Assembly: GCA_973895155.1 (NCBI GenBank)
Contig: OZ316897.1
Span: 22,357,455-22,421,454, forward strand
Origin: Marsupella aquatica
Lineage: Eukaryota > Plantae > Marchantiophyta
Direction of reading: 5' to 3'
Length of the DNA: 64,000 bases
The notes beneath the pieces were generated by a model. That model was not told the DNA's origin. It was given only the letters and a program-made list of their open reading frames with translations, and did no database searches. The number at the start of each line of letters is the position of its first letter. The first letter of the stretch is position 1. Of this stretch, positions 1 through 11,731 are shown one piece after another. A program made the position numbers and the translations under genes.

Positions 1-221
1 TTTCAATCAGTTTGGGGGACAGGTTATCAAAAGATAGTTTTTTATAATATATAGGCACAATCAAGGTGAGTTATGGGAGTGAGTTGCTGTTTGAGTAGTC
101 AATAGACGGGGTGGGCTGTATCTTCAATCGTCTGCTAATTTACTCAGAGATAAAGCACAGGGCGAAAGAACCAATCAATCCTCAAAACTGATCTCACCCT
201 GTATATAAGAGGAGATTAACA

Positions 222-690
222 GAGATTTACTATACTACAAGAGACTCTTCTTTGTTGAAATTCTTAGTTGCCACTCTCTTTGCATTTACTAACTTGGGTA
301 AGCAAAGTAATTCAAGTTATGTTCAAACAATCCCAATGGTCAACATCCAGCCAGGTTTCACCATTAGATGGTCGTCCACATCCTCTACTCTAACCACAAC
401 ATGCTAACCCTCCACATTGGGTTGGGTCTCTCAATTTTCTCCTGCCCAACTCACTCTGCCCTCAACTCTGACCCTTCCTAGTTGGCTGCCCCAGCTCCCA
501 TCTCCCTTTGTTGAGGGTGGGCCAAGGGATTAGGGTTAAGTTAACGACTATGACAACTGTCTGATAATGGACTCTGGCTGGATGTTGACTGTTGGATTAT
601 TCTAAACTAACTAGAGTTATTGTGCTTAATCAGCAAAAAGGTGGCAATGTTCATAATTTGACAAAAAAGAGTGTCAATGAAGTAAATCTC
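222..690. mobile_element. Degenerate Mutator-like MITE with long imperfect terminal inverted repeats
   Basis: GAGATTTACT...ACTCTTCTTTGT at 222 mirrors ACAAAAAAGAGTGTC...AGTAAATCTC ending at 690. An inner arm GTCAACATCCAGCCAG (~339) pairs with CTGGCTGGATGTTGAC (~574). No clean TSD found. Confidence 0.55.
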
Positions 691-1848
691 ATATACAAAG
701 TATAGAAGTCTATGCAGGAGTCTATGGCACAAATGGCTTCTTTGGCAGCACTTAAAGTAGATTTTCACTCATTCAATACAGTCAACTGTAGAAATTTGAA
801 CTTAATCCTCAGTTATAATGTAGGGGAACCTCTTTTCTTAGGTAGAGAGAATTATTTTAGATACTTGGCAAAGTTAGAAAGGCAGTTGCTCAGTTAAATT
901 TATCCGTACATGCGGAAACAAATAATTATTGAGAATTGAAATTACATAGTAAGCAAGCAACTCCATGGCCACTGCCATCCTTACCATCTCGGATGACCCC
1001 ATTTTCCTTTCTTTTGCTTCCTTTTCCATCTCCCTTTGGGATTTGACGGGTGACCCGGGTTTCTTATCCTACTGCCTTCCTTGGACTCTTTCCTCCTTTT
1101 TTGTTTGTACTTTGCTTTGGTTTTTTTCTATGTAAAATTGTGTGATTTTGACCTTCTTAGAAGTGTTAATGCTGGGGAACTACACAAAGAGGATGAAAAG
1201 TTTATCAAATCTATATTAATCCTTTTCCGTCCCTCATGTACAAACTAGTTTGAATGCCTGTCCTTCAGTTTGCTCACAGACAAGTCCCTCACGTTGCTCA
1301 CAAGGTCCCACCCCCAAATTGCACTTTGCTCCCAAAGACATGGCTTCAGCCTGTTGTTGGACGTAAACCATAGCTTTTGTTTCTGCTTTATTACTTAGAT
1401 GAGGGTTTTTGTAAGAACCTTCTGGGATTTTGTAGAAGGGTAGCCGTTGGGCCTTCTTTGTCCCTTATATGCAAGCTTTTCTGGTGCTAATAAGTCATTC
1501 TCATCTCAAAATTAACAAGGTCTATTGTAGGTGTGTGGAGTATAGTTTTTGCCCAGAATGAAAATAAAGACTACTACTGTAGGCTGGCAACTTGGTGCAG
1601 TATGGTCTTATTTTTGTCTTAGCTTCATCAACTCCAAAAAATATATATGCACTTTATGTGTAGTGGGGGCACGTCCAATTGCCCGCATTGGAGGAAAAAG
1701 CTTGGGTAAACAACGCCATTTAGGCAACAATCAACCCCTGAATTGGACTTGATCGCAGCCTCAATCATTGGAGCAGGTATGGATTCCCTTATCACAAGAG
1801 ATATTTTCCTGGAAAACTATGTTTATCCTTTACTATGTTGATCCTTTA

Positions 1849-2062
1849 CAACTTTTAAGTACTTTGCCATTAAAGATGTTCTAATTGAAAATAATGCCAT
1901 GTTTTTTTCTGTATTTATTAAAATGCCACTATGTTGTATATGGATGACAAGTTCATCAAGGTAACCAGGGGAACTATACACACAAATTGTGACATTTTTG
2001 TAAATAAAATGTGACAATATTGTAAATTCAAACATTTTTAGTGGCAATGTACTTAAATATTG
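1849..2062. mobile_element. Mutator-family MITE (214 bp) related to the MULE at 11732-13903
   Basis: Left TIR TTTAAGTACTTTGCCATTAAAGATGTT pairs with right AACATTTTTAGTGGCAATGTACTTAAA. Flanked by a near-perfect 10-bp TSD, TGATCCTTTA (1839-1848) / TTATCCTTTA (2063-2072). Confidence 0.75.
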
Positions 2063-2949
2063 TTATCCTTTAAGTATAGCAAAGTGTAAGCACTTAATAT
2101 TTAAGTGGTTCTGAAATGGCCATTCTTACTATGTCTTGTCCTAACTTTGTTTAGTTTAGACCTATAACTTCCATTAGTTTCACCTGAAGGATGTGCCTAT
2201 TTCCAAGGTGTTTAACCCCCCACCCCCCCCCGCCCCCCCCCCCCCCCAATGAACTGAAAGCTTTCTCTTGCTAGCTACCACGAGTGCAAATTAGGGTCAT
2301 ATCTCTAAGGCATGCCACATGCAAGATGGGCGTTATGTCAAGGTCCTATGTCTCAACCCTATTTGAGGATAATTGTCAGACATTACACATATACTTCTAA
2401 AGGAAACTTCAAATTTGAGAAACTGAAGTGAAGTTCCCGTGGACTGTGATGTTGGACAAGATGCTCAGATAGACAACCAAAAAAATACACATCCATGGAC
2501 CATTGTGAAACATTATCTTTATTTGTATGTATGCTCATCTTTATGTGTGTCAAAATCTACTTGGTCCACCAGAATCTTCAAGTCAAAGGTTATGATCCAT
2601 TCCTAGCATCCACTTAATATGAGTTTTGAGAATATGTATATTATAATTACTCAGTTGTCCCAAAACAAATTTAATTCCTTTGCTTGGAATCAAATGGCCA
2701 AAAAGAACTCAAATAATTGGAGTGTCCGGCTAAGACAATCTACGGGCACATTTACTAGTAAATCCTAGTTCCAGGGGCTATATAATCATTTGTGCACTTT
2801 TGGGGTAACTGAAAGATAGTTATTTCATTCGGAAGGAACCGGAAAACTCATGGAGACTTTTGATTGTTGTCCCCAAAAGTTTTTTTTTGAATTCATTTAT
2901 ATTAAGATTTGTTCATTATATAATCACCAAGAGAAGCTAGGGTAAGGGC

Positions 2950-3037
2950 TATGGTCTAGAGTGAAACCTCTAGATCTTGATTAGCCAAGCAAGAAGGATA
3001 TGGTCTAGAGTGAAACCTCTAGATCTTGACTCTAGCC
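2950..3037. repeat. Short direct duplication (~50-bp period, 2 copies)
   Basis: ATGGTCTAGAGTGAAACCTCTAGATCTTGA occurs at 2950 and 3000. Confidence 0.85.
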
Positions 3038-3168
3038 ACAAGGATTGGGGTGAGCAATGAAACGAGCTCCGTTTTGTTCTCACCAATTAAAGGACTGGCA
3101 TTAGACTAGTAAGGAAAAATCAGGGATGTTTGCAACCGATTATTGATGTCCCCAACGGACAGGTATTA

Positions 3169-3512
3169 GGGGGTCTCAAATATAGGCCCGGGACATTTTA
3201 GCGGCCGGCCGAGTTAGGTTTGGGCGGACGCAGCTGAAAAGTGTGCGGCACACCCTTAGCCTAGCCCGCACACACCTCCCGCGGCGATTTACCGTTGCCC
3301 GGGATGGATACTTCGAAACCGTCGACTGGCCGCAATTTTGAACTAAAGCTGCATCTCGCGACTTTATTCTCCAACAGGAACTCACACTTTACGGGCCTAA
3401 AAAAATTGGGTCACAAAAGAAAGGTGGTGCCGGTAAACTTGCCTGCGACACTCATAAGGGACGAGTCTGACCTCCCGGGAAGTAATGTTCTGGGCCGATA
3501 TTTGAGACCCCC
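3169..3512. mobile_element. Non-autonomous TIR element (MITE), GC-rich
   Basis: GGGGGTCTCAAATATAGGCCCGGGACATT at 3169 and AATGTTCTGGGCCGATATTTGAGACCCCC ending at 3512 form ~29-bp imperfect TIRs. TATTA lies on both flanks (3164-3168, 3513-3517). Superfamily uncertain. Confidence 0.7.
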
Positions 3513-3762
3513 TATTAGACTACCGTAGCAAGGAAAAATTAGGGAACAACCAGTAGCGCTCAACATCCCAGCAGGTTTGTTGGTGCGTACCCCTGGGGCT
3601 CACACGGCCATTTCGATGCCCGAGGGCCACGATGGCCATGCCTCCCCTTTGCCTCGCCTTGCGGGGTTTTCCTCTGCCACATCATTCGCCCCGACCTGCT
3701 CCACCGCCGCACCTGTCCCGTAGGTACTACTATTGTAGGAGAGTAGAAGGGCGAGCCCATAT

Positions 3763-3890
3763 TAGCTCCTCTGCCCTGCCTCTGCCGTGCCTACCGGTAG
3801 CTCTCTCCTCTGCCCGTGCCTAGCTCTCTCCTCGGCCCGTGCGTAGCTCGCTCCTCGCCCGTGCCTAGCTCTCGCCTCTGCCGTGCCCTG
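3763..3890. repeat. ~21-bp imperfect tandem repeat upstream of DnaJ
   Basis: About 5 copies of a TAGCTCTCTCCTC(T/G)GCCCGTGCC-like unit. Confidence 0.75.
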
Positions 3891-4008
3891 AACGAGCCAC
3901 CTGCCTGCAAATGCCGGGCCTGGGCTGGCCTGGGCTTGGCTTCTGTCCGTCCTCCAGACTACTCACTGTACCGTAGGCTGGGGCTGGGGCTGGAGAGGAG
4001 GACGTTCT

Positions 4009-4284
4009 GGAGAGAGCGAGAGAGAGCGACACGGAGAGGGAGGGAGAGCGAGAGAGAGCGGAAGAAGGGAGAGAAGACGAGAAAGCTCACGAAGAGAGAG
4101 GAAGGAGCGGAAGGGAGGCAGAAACGGGAGGAAGGATCGATTCAAGAGGTGCTGAATCGAAGAACCCAGATCGAAGAAGTCGGAGTAGCCTCGAAGCGCG
4201 AACGTGGAAGATAATTCGATCGAGCATCATAGTTGTGACGAGCAACAACGGCAAAGAGAGGAGGAGGAGGAGGAGGAGGAGGAG
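4009..4284 (+). repeat. GA-rich tract and (GGA)n microsatellite in the DnaJ promoter/5' UTR
   Basis: GAGA-rich run at 4009-4100 and about 8 GGA units at 4260-4284, upstream of ATG 4404. Confidence 0.8.
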
Positions 4285-4403
4285 AACGTGCTTTTCCACG
4301 AGACGGGATTCTGAGGAAGGAGGAGGGGACGCACGGCTGCAGCGCAGAGCAATTCAAGCGAAGAAAGATTGAGAGAAAAAGAGCAGCCGCGGCCAAGCTT
4401 GCT

Positions 4404-5810
4404 ATGGGGGTGGATTATTATAGTGTGCTGAAAGTGCCGAAGAGCGCTTCGGATGATGACCTCAAGAAGGCGTACCGGAAGCTGGCTATGAAATGGCATC
4501 CGGACAAGAACCCTAACAATAAGAAAGACGCGGAGGCTAAATTCAAGCAAATATCGGAGGCTTATGAGGTACACCGACTCGCTCCGTTTCCTTGCCAAGA
4601 CCACTACTCGTACTTTTTGTCAATCCGCCACGATTTCCGCGGAAGCGGCTGAGCAACGGCTTTCATCGGTACATTTCCCATTTTCCGATTAGTCCGAAAG
4701 TGTCTCCAATCGATGTGTACTTGGTTTGCTGCCGGGTGCTGTCCGTGTAGCTGCTAACTTAGGGCTGACCTTTCTGTTCGCAGGTTTTGAGTGATCCTCA
4801 AAAGAGAGCAATCTATGACCAATATGGAGAGGAAGGGTTGAAGGGGCAGGTGCCGCCTCCGGGTGCGCAACAGGGAGGGTATTCGAATGGAGGAGGCACA
4901 ACGAACACTTTCAGATTTAATCCAAGAAACGCGGAGGACATTTTTGCTGAGTTTTTCGGTGGTAGTCCTTTCGGAGGAATGGGTAGCATGTCGGGGATGG
5001 GAAGCAGAGGCGGACGAGGGAACTTTGGCGATGGCATGTTCGGCGGATTTGGAGCAACGGATAATGTCTTTCGGTCTTTTGGTGATGTAGCTCAGTCGTC
5101 AGGGCCCCGAAAAGCTGCGCCAGTGGAGAATAAACTTCAATGTACTCTAGAGGAGCTCTACAATGGCTCCACTCGGAAGATGAAGATCTCGAGGAATATC
5201 GCAGATGCCAGTGGGTAAGTTTTTCAGTCCGTTCCTCCTTCTTTCCATCGCAATCCCTGTTCGCGCTTTTTTGGCTCCGTCACGAATCAAGATGGGCTGT
5301 CAGTCGTACTTGCATGTTTTAACTAAGGTCTTGACGGATGAGCTTGGATTCTTGTTGTTTGTGGGCAGTAAGACACTTCCCGTCGAGGAGATCTTGACGA
5401 TTGAGGTGAAGCCGGGGTGGAAGAAAGGAACGAAGATCACTTTTCCTGAGAAGGGGAACGAGCAGCCGCACGTTGTAGCAGCAGACCTAGTTTTTGTCAT
5501 AGACGAGAGACCACATGAGATCTTCAAACGGGATGGAAACGACCTTATTATGACGCACAAACTACCGCTAGTAGATGCGCTTACAGGCTGTACAGTTACG
5601 GTGAATACTTTAGATGGCAGGATATTGAACATTCCCGTCACAGAGGTTGTATCTCCCGGTTTCGAGAAGGTTGTTCAAAAGGAAGGAATGCCGATAGCGA
5701 AGGAGCCTGGTAAACGAGGAAATCTTAGGATCAGATTTGAGACCAAATTCCCGTCAAGACTCACCAGTGAGCAAAAATCCAATGTGAAGAGAATCCTGGG
5801 GTCGAGTTGA
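4404..5810 (+). CDS. DnaJ/HSP40 class B (type II) co-chaperone; exons 4404-4568, 4784-5214, 5369-5810; 345 aa
   Basis: J-domain [11 protein letters not shown]...WHPDKNP...[10 protein letters not shown]|[20 protein letters not shown] with the HPD motif. A G/F-rich linker ([17 protein letters not shown]) leads to the C-terminal domain ([45 protein letters not shown]). There is no Zn-finger. GT-AG introns 4569-4783 and 5215-5368 keep frame (1038 nt total). Confidence 0.97.
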
Positions 5811-8800
5811 TTAGACATGGGTCCTCACAAGAAGCCGGAGGAGTTGCACTACTAGCAAACACCAGGTGCAGCATTTATACATACTGGAAGCCAACACTGT
5901 GCATAGTTAAAGTAAAAGCACTTAGGATACAACCAGCTTGAAGCTCTGGCGACTGAATGTCATTGTCTAGTCATTCCAACTCAAGCATCTGGGTAGGTCT
6001 TAGGGTCTCTTCACTAGAACTTGTCTTGAGCAGTCATGTCCTTGTTCCATTTCGTTTTTCATGCCTGGTAGTTGGGCTGATATCGTCTAGTCTGGCCATT
6101 CATTTTCGGAGCAGCTTCTTTCCGGCGTAGGCTTCTTCTCGCATTTCATCTGGTGGGATGAAATTATTGTCAAGAGTAATGGTTCATTGCGTGGTCGTTT
6201 CAGTGATGTCGCGTCCTTCCACGCAGCTGTAGTGATACTGCTTATTTGTGGACGCGACTTACAACAAATTTGTATTCGCACACAAGAAATGACAAGGACG
6301 GTAACATAATATTTATGTATACGAACCTCCCTTTTCTCACAGTGCAAAGTCTTAGTGTAGAGCAGCTAGATTTCGAAAACCTTAAGCGAGTGACTTCCGT
6401 GAACGGTCGATTTTCTGTGGCTATGTAATTTCAAGGTATTCTTAATAGACGTGCTAGACCTCATGAGGTCAAGGCCTGCTTGACCAACTTGTTGTGGGAG
6501 AATAGCAGCGAAGGGCGGAGAGGGCCTGGATGAAGATGGCCAGCAGGAGCCGAATTCGTGAGATGTTTATCTCCCGTTCTTTCGGATTGTTTTTTTTTGT
6601 CCGACTACTGTGAATCCATTTTATTCCGATATTTTGCATGTGCTTCTCGAAGAATTTTGTCTCGGTGACCTTACTGCAATTAGAATGACCCGTGCTTTTG
6701 GGTCTTGTTTTTTCGTGAATGTCATTATTTAGTTTCGGTAATTTGGGCAATAGCGCTCTGCTTATTCGTCGGGTGCGGTGTCTCGTCTCCACCGTTATGC
6801 TTATTTTCCGTGTTGCATTTGAGAGTAAATGCTTGTAGTTATTCTCTAGGTATATGCATAGGTAACGTCGTTCAGTATTGAGGTAGGTGATGCGGCATTG
6901 GGTTGATACGCCGCTACCTTCGTCATGCTCCCTGAGAATTTTTTACATGCTTTGCAAATATCAGTATTGCTTAATCTGACTGCGGTTTTTGTTTATGTGA
7001 ATCTAATACGGGATTGCATGGTTCTCCTGGTCGGGCGTAGTTGTCACTCCGCTAAGGACGTTTTCTCATGCAAGTGTAGCCTGACCAAGTGCAAGTGCTC
7101 CTCTGTTGATTGCAAACGCTTGTCTGATTCTACATGTACCATCCCAATCATTTAATGATGTTTGATCGAGGATGTGGACTACGTCGTCTTAATCGTCTTG
7201 CAGATAGAATTGTCTTCCTCTGTTTTCTTTGATATATGGCTGGTTGATCGACAATTAGGTTTGTGGACATGGTGGTCACTTGTATTGCAGTCTCTGATTT
7301 ACAGTAGAGTGACATTGTATGGGTTCGTGGGGAGTGGGTACGTAGTCACCTGTAATTAAATGGCGGAGATTTGTGTAGTGACATTCATCCAATTCTCATC
7401 TTCGACGGTTCATTTCCGGTCACGGGATGTAGGATTTCAAGACGATGGTGCTAAACTTTTACAATGTTTTCTTACTGGCACGTGGGACTTGGGGAGGGTA
7501 GATTAAAAGGAGCTTGAAGGTTAGACTGATATGAGCCTGCGTGGTTCTTGCCTCTTTGTCTCTTGTGTTGTACAAAATAGCGATTCATACTTGTTACGGT
7601 AAAACATGAGGCAGGTAATGCAACTAATTCTCTTGCGGAGGGCAAGAGTAAGGTTCCTGGTTGGACAATATGTGTATTGATAGGGATTTCCCGAGGCATG
7701 TCAAGTACCAGGTGCTGGGTACCATATCAATGATGGGCTTTGGCTAAGGTGAGAAGTCTTCTTTTCTCCTAGAATTTTTTGAGCTCCTTGCTTTGAAGTT
7801 CCCAAGTCAGTGTTTTCAGTGTGCATTGTCCCGTTCTTTCCCCTGTCCTTGTTTACAGGACGGACGACTGAAGCTTGCTTCCCTTAGCAGGCGCGCTGGT
7901 TTACGCATACGGCTTCATGGTCTGGTATGCGCCCCCTCTTCTAACGTAAAAGCAGAGTGGAATCTGAAATGTTTGCCCTAGAAACGGATATACAGTAAAT
8001 GTATAGTATAGAACCCAACATGTTTAGGGAATAGATGTCCGTCTTCTTATTGGAAGTTCAGATGTGGATGCGATTGTACCTGAGATGTTTGTGTCGGATG
8101 GAAGTGATTCGCGTAGACCTTTAAGGGGAAGTGTTGGATGCGGTTCTGTAAATGGTTAAGAAAACGTAGATTTTTTCATAAATGTGTGTTTTTTCTGTAA
8201 GCTGCTAATTAGGATTGTGTGACCGTCTGACCGACTGTCAGTCCGGTCTTGCTGATAGATTCATCCGGTCTCTTAGGTTGCTCAGAAGTTTATGGCCGTC
8301 TTTCCGAGAACCGGTCAGATTCCTGATGCTTCTGGACCCTGGGAAACATTGCGGGGCTACGCCTGAGCTTTTGCCATAGAAAGAGTGGACCAGTGCAATC
8401 CCTCCATTGACCTCAGTAGTTCGAAATCGCTGCATAGAGGTTAATAGGATCAGAATTTTATCAGAGCTATGTAATGCACTGAGAGCTAGGACGGATCGTG
8501 GAATGGTACTCTTGGCTTGTTGGTAATGTAGCCTAAATAACTCTTCTCAATCTTGTGGGTATTGACAGATTTCCAATGGTGATTCCCCAGAGCCTACGCT
8601 GTTTATGCGGAATGACACTCTAAACTTGCTGGCAGAACGCAGTGGCGCATAAATTACTTTGTATACAGACTAGCGTGCCAGGGAGTATTATGCCAAGAAG
8701 GCACCTACGAAACATGGACAGGGGTAGTGAGGTTGATGACTGGAAGTGAAGGCAGAGCCCCAAGTTCTCGTCTGTCGTGCATGTCAACGTTACCAATACC

Positions 8801-9331
8801 TTCGAACGTAATGGTGCAGAGTTTGTCGTAGGAAATTCCTGAACTGAGAAAAGGCCCCACAAACTCAACTTCGCACTCCTGATCGAAATTCTCGTTGAGA
8901 TGCTCTCATCTCATGGCATACTGGGAAGGAAGCGTTCCAGCAAGTCACCATCTCCTGTAGTAACTTGCTCTAGCTTCCACAATCAAAACCTGATCACTAG
9001 CTACTCCCAGGTATTGATTGGCGAAGCATTGTAGGATCGTGGAGATTCAGAGTGTGCAGATTGGAAAATGTCCTTTTTAAGATGCGGTAACAAATGATAA
9101 ATCAATCAGTTTTATAATAGTTTATGAGTCCATACAATGTCAGATTTAAAGAATGAGAACTGCAACCTTGAGGAGGAGTCGGAAGGGGACCAGTAATCAC
9201 ATGACGTAAGATTTTCATTACAGCACGACATCAGTGTTTGATGAACAAGACTGCAAAAACTAATACATTCAAGGGTGAGTTTTTGTAAGAATCTAGCTTC
9301 GGTTCACAGATGATTAGCACATATTATCCAG

Positions 9332-9461
9332 TCTTTGTTGCCTTATAAAATGTAGTGGATGAACATGCTAGACCACTACAATTTCATCAATTTCATCTAT
9401 TACATTTCAAATTGTAGTGGTCTCATGTGTTCATCCACTACATTTTATAAGGCAACAAAGA
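9332..9461. repeat. Near-perfect 130-bp fold-back (MITE or hairpin-RNA locus)
   Basis: 9332-9365 TCTTTGTTGCCTTATAAAATGTAGTGGATGAACA is the exact reverse complement of 9428-9461. An inner arm AGACCACTACAATTT pairs with AAATTGTAGTGGTCT. Confidence 0.9.
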
Positions 9462-10297
9462 ATTCTTTGAAAGCCTTGCAGCCTGTACTATTCATCGACA
9501 TTGTGTGGAATGGAGCTTAAAGCATTTCCACTACATAACCCGCCAAATGAGGGGGGCTTATAAGGCCTAAAACGTGCTCATGTAGTCCCTTGCTGCCATT
9601 CCTCATGAAGAGTAGATTTTCCTTTGTGGCTGCTCTTTGTTCTCTAGCATGCTTTGCCAACGATTTCCTGACATTTTGCATTCTAGTAAATAGCATCACC
9701 TACAATAGTGCTGGGGGCAAATTTCTTGAATGCAGAACTTAGGGCCAGAGCCAACTCGCATCTATGCTGCCCTGAAGATTTTGGCCCTAAGCACTAGCAA
9801 ACCTTTTGGGAAAAAGCACATCTTGGTATTTGTGTCCCTGTTCCATGTGATGCTTGCCCCTGCCCTTGGATTCCCTCTGTATCATTGTCCACTAGAGATT
9901 AGGGGGGGTGGACATTTAGTTGCATTAGGCATTCAATTGTCCACTAAAGATAATGCGGGGAACATTTAGTGGTATTAGGCATTCAATGATTCTGCAGGGA
10001 ACATTGAGTTGTATTAGGCAATTAATGTGCGGAAAGTTTTTGGCCTTTACCCCTGGAAATCCACAATGATTGTTGTCAGGCCTGCCAGGAGAGAGTTTAG
10101 GCATAAAACTCACTCTCTTTGGTATGATGGGATGAATCAACTTGAGGCTGTAAAACAAAGGGCTAAGTACATGCAAGTTGGCCCTCAATGTATGAACATT
10201 TCACAGGACCTTATTGTTGGTGTAGTGCAACAAATTTACATTTGTGTTTAGGGCCAATTTCTTGATTGCAGATTATAGTGGGTGAACATTTCACAGG

Positions 10298-10392
10298 GCC
10301 TATTGTTTGTGCAGTGCAGAGAATATAGCTTTTCCGGACCATCTTGCCTATTGTTTGTGCAGTGCAGAGAATATAGCTTTTCCGGACCATCT
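10298..10392. repeat. 48-bp perfect tandem duplication
   Basis: GCCTATTGTTTGTGCAGTGCAGAGAATATAGCTTTTCCGGACCATCT occurs at 10298 and 10346. Confidence 0.9.
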
Positions 10393-11731
10393 CGCTGCCC
10401 ATTACAATTAGCATTGACCTCATGGCACCCAGGATGGAGCAAGATCATTGGAAAGCAAATGGGGAGACTTTGGTGGCTCACATTCTGCTGTAGACTATCT
10501 GAAAGGCAAGATCACGCGAAGGCAAATGGGGAAACTCTGGTGGGTCACATGTTGCTCCAGAAGATCTGAAATTGTTTGGTTCAAATGAAGCTCAAAAAGC
10601 ATGGGAATTGTACAAGCAGAAGTATCACTGGGTTCCCCAAGTAAACCCAAGCAAATGGATTTGGTCCCTCCTTTCCAACATCAAGTACAATTGGACCATT
10701 GGACCATCCTTCATATATCTCAATGCAAGTAAATTATCTCAATAAAAACATAACTTGTAAAATGCTGAAATGCAACTGTGAGGCCATTTGGTTGACAATC
10801 CAGGGCCCATGAGTTGCATGATATTGTTGTTGCCATACAGTCACTGCGCCCATTTCATTGTTGACGCAGCAATACCAATGCACAACACAAACTTGCAGAA
10901 GTGAGGCAGGGAGTAATTGAGGCACAGAAATGTTCTCAAGGCAAGGAAGAGGGAAATAATTGCCATGGTAGAAAGGAAGTGTTGTCAAAGGTATTTACTC
11001 ATGGTGAGGTTGATGCAATACCTAGTGGAAAGGAAAGCATCACTTGTAGAGTCAGGCCATGGCACTCTGTGGTGTTGCTGACTACTTGTCAGGAGTCCGA
11101 GGGAGGGAGATATTGAGGGTGAGAGTTGCTACAAGTATATCCTGAGACATAGGCTACACAAGGGAGGGTCTAGCGGGTTAGGGTTGACAATCAATTTTCT
11201 CTTTTATTTTGGTCAATGCTGCAAATGTGATATTGTTGGGGAGGGCACAGCATAGGCAAGGGTGGGAGGAGTGCAATACAGGCAAAGGCTTCCAGGGGAT
11301 CATGGGGTCCAGGTATAGTCGACCTGTGCTGCAGTGGAGGGAGACAGTTTTTTCCTTTCTTCCCCTCAGTCTCCTCTCTTTTCCCTCCCTTTCTTGCCCT
11401 CCTGCTCCGTCCCTCCTCCCCAGACTATTATAAAAAGCCAGAAGAAGAATATTACACTTTTCCACAGCAAAAAGTGGAAAAGAGCTCTTATGTCAATGTA
11501 CTTGGTACATGCCATAAAGTACTCTATATTGTGGCATACAGTATAGCCGCTACTTTGTGCCTCCTTATTGTAAAAGCAAGTATTTCCCTGGGCATCCCCT
11601 TTGAGTCCGACTAAGGGTGTCAAAAACCCTGACTACATCTAAGTGTAGTGCCTTTATTTTTCAAGCTTGAAAATAGACCATGGACTGATCTTGGGGGATC
11701 CCTTAATATAGTAGTAGTTTATTTATTGTAA

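Noticed and set aside
3816-4396. ORFs 3816-4214, 4087-4299 and 4142-4396 (E/R-rich, poly-L, poly-P)
   Set aside because: These are translations of GA/GGA microsatellites in the DnaJ promoter and 5' UTR.
3900-4400. Heat-shock elements in the DnaJ promoter
   Set aside because: No convincing array of three alternating nGAAn units was found by eye.
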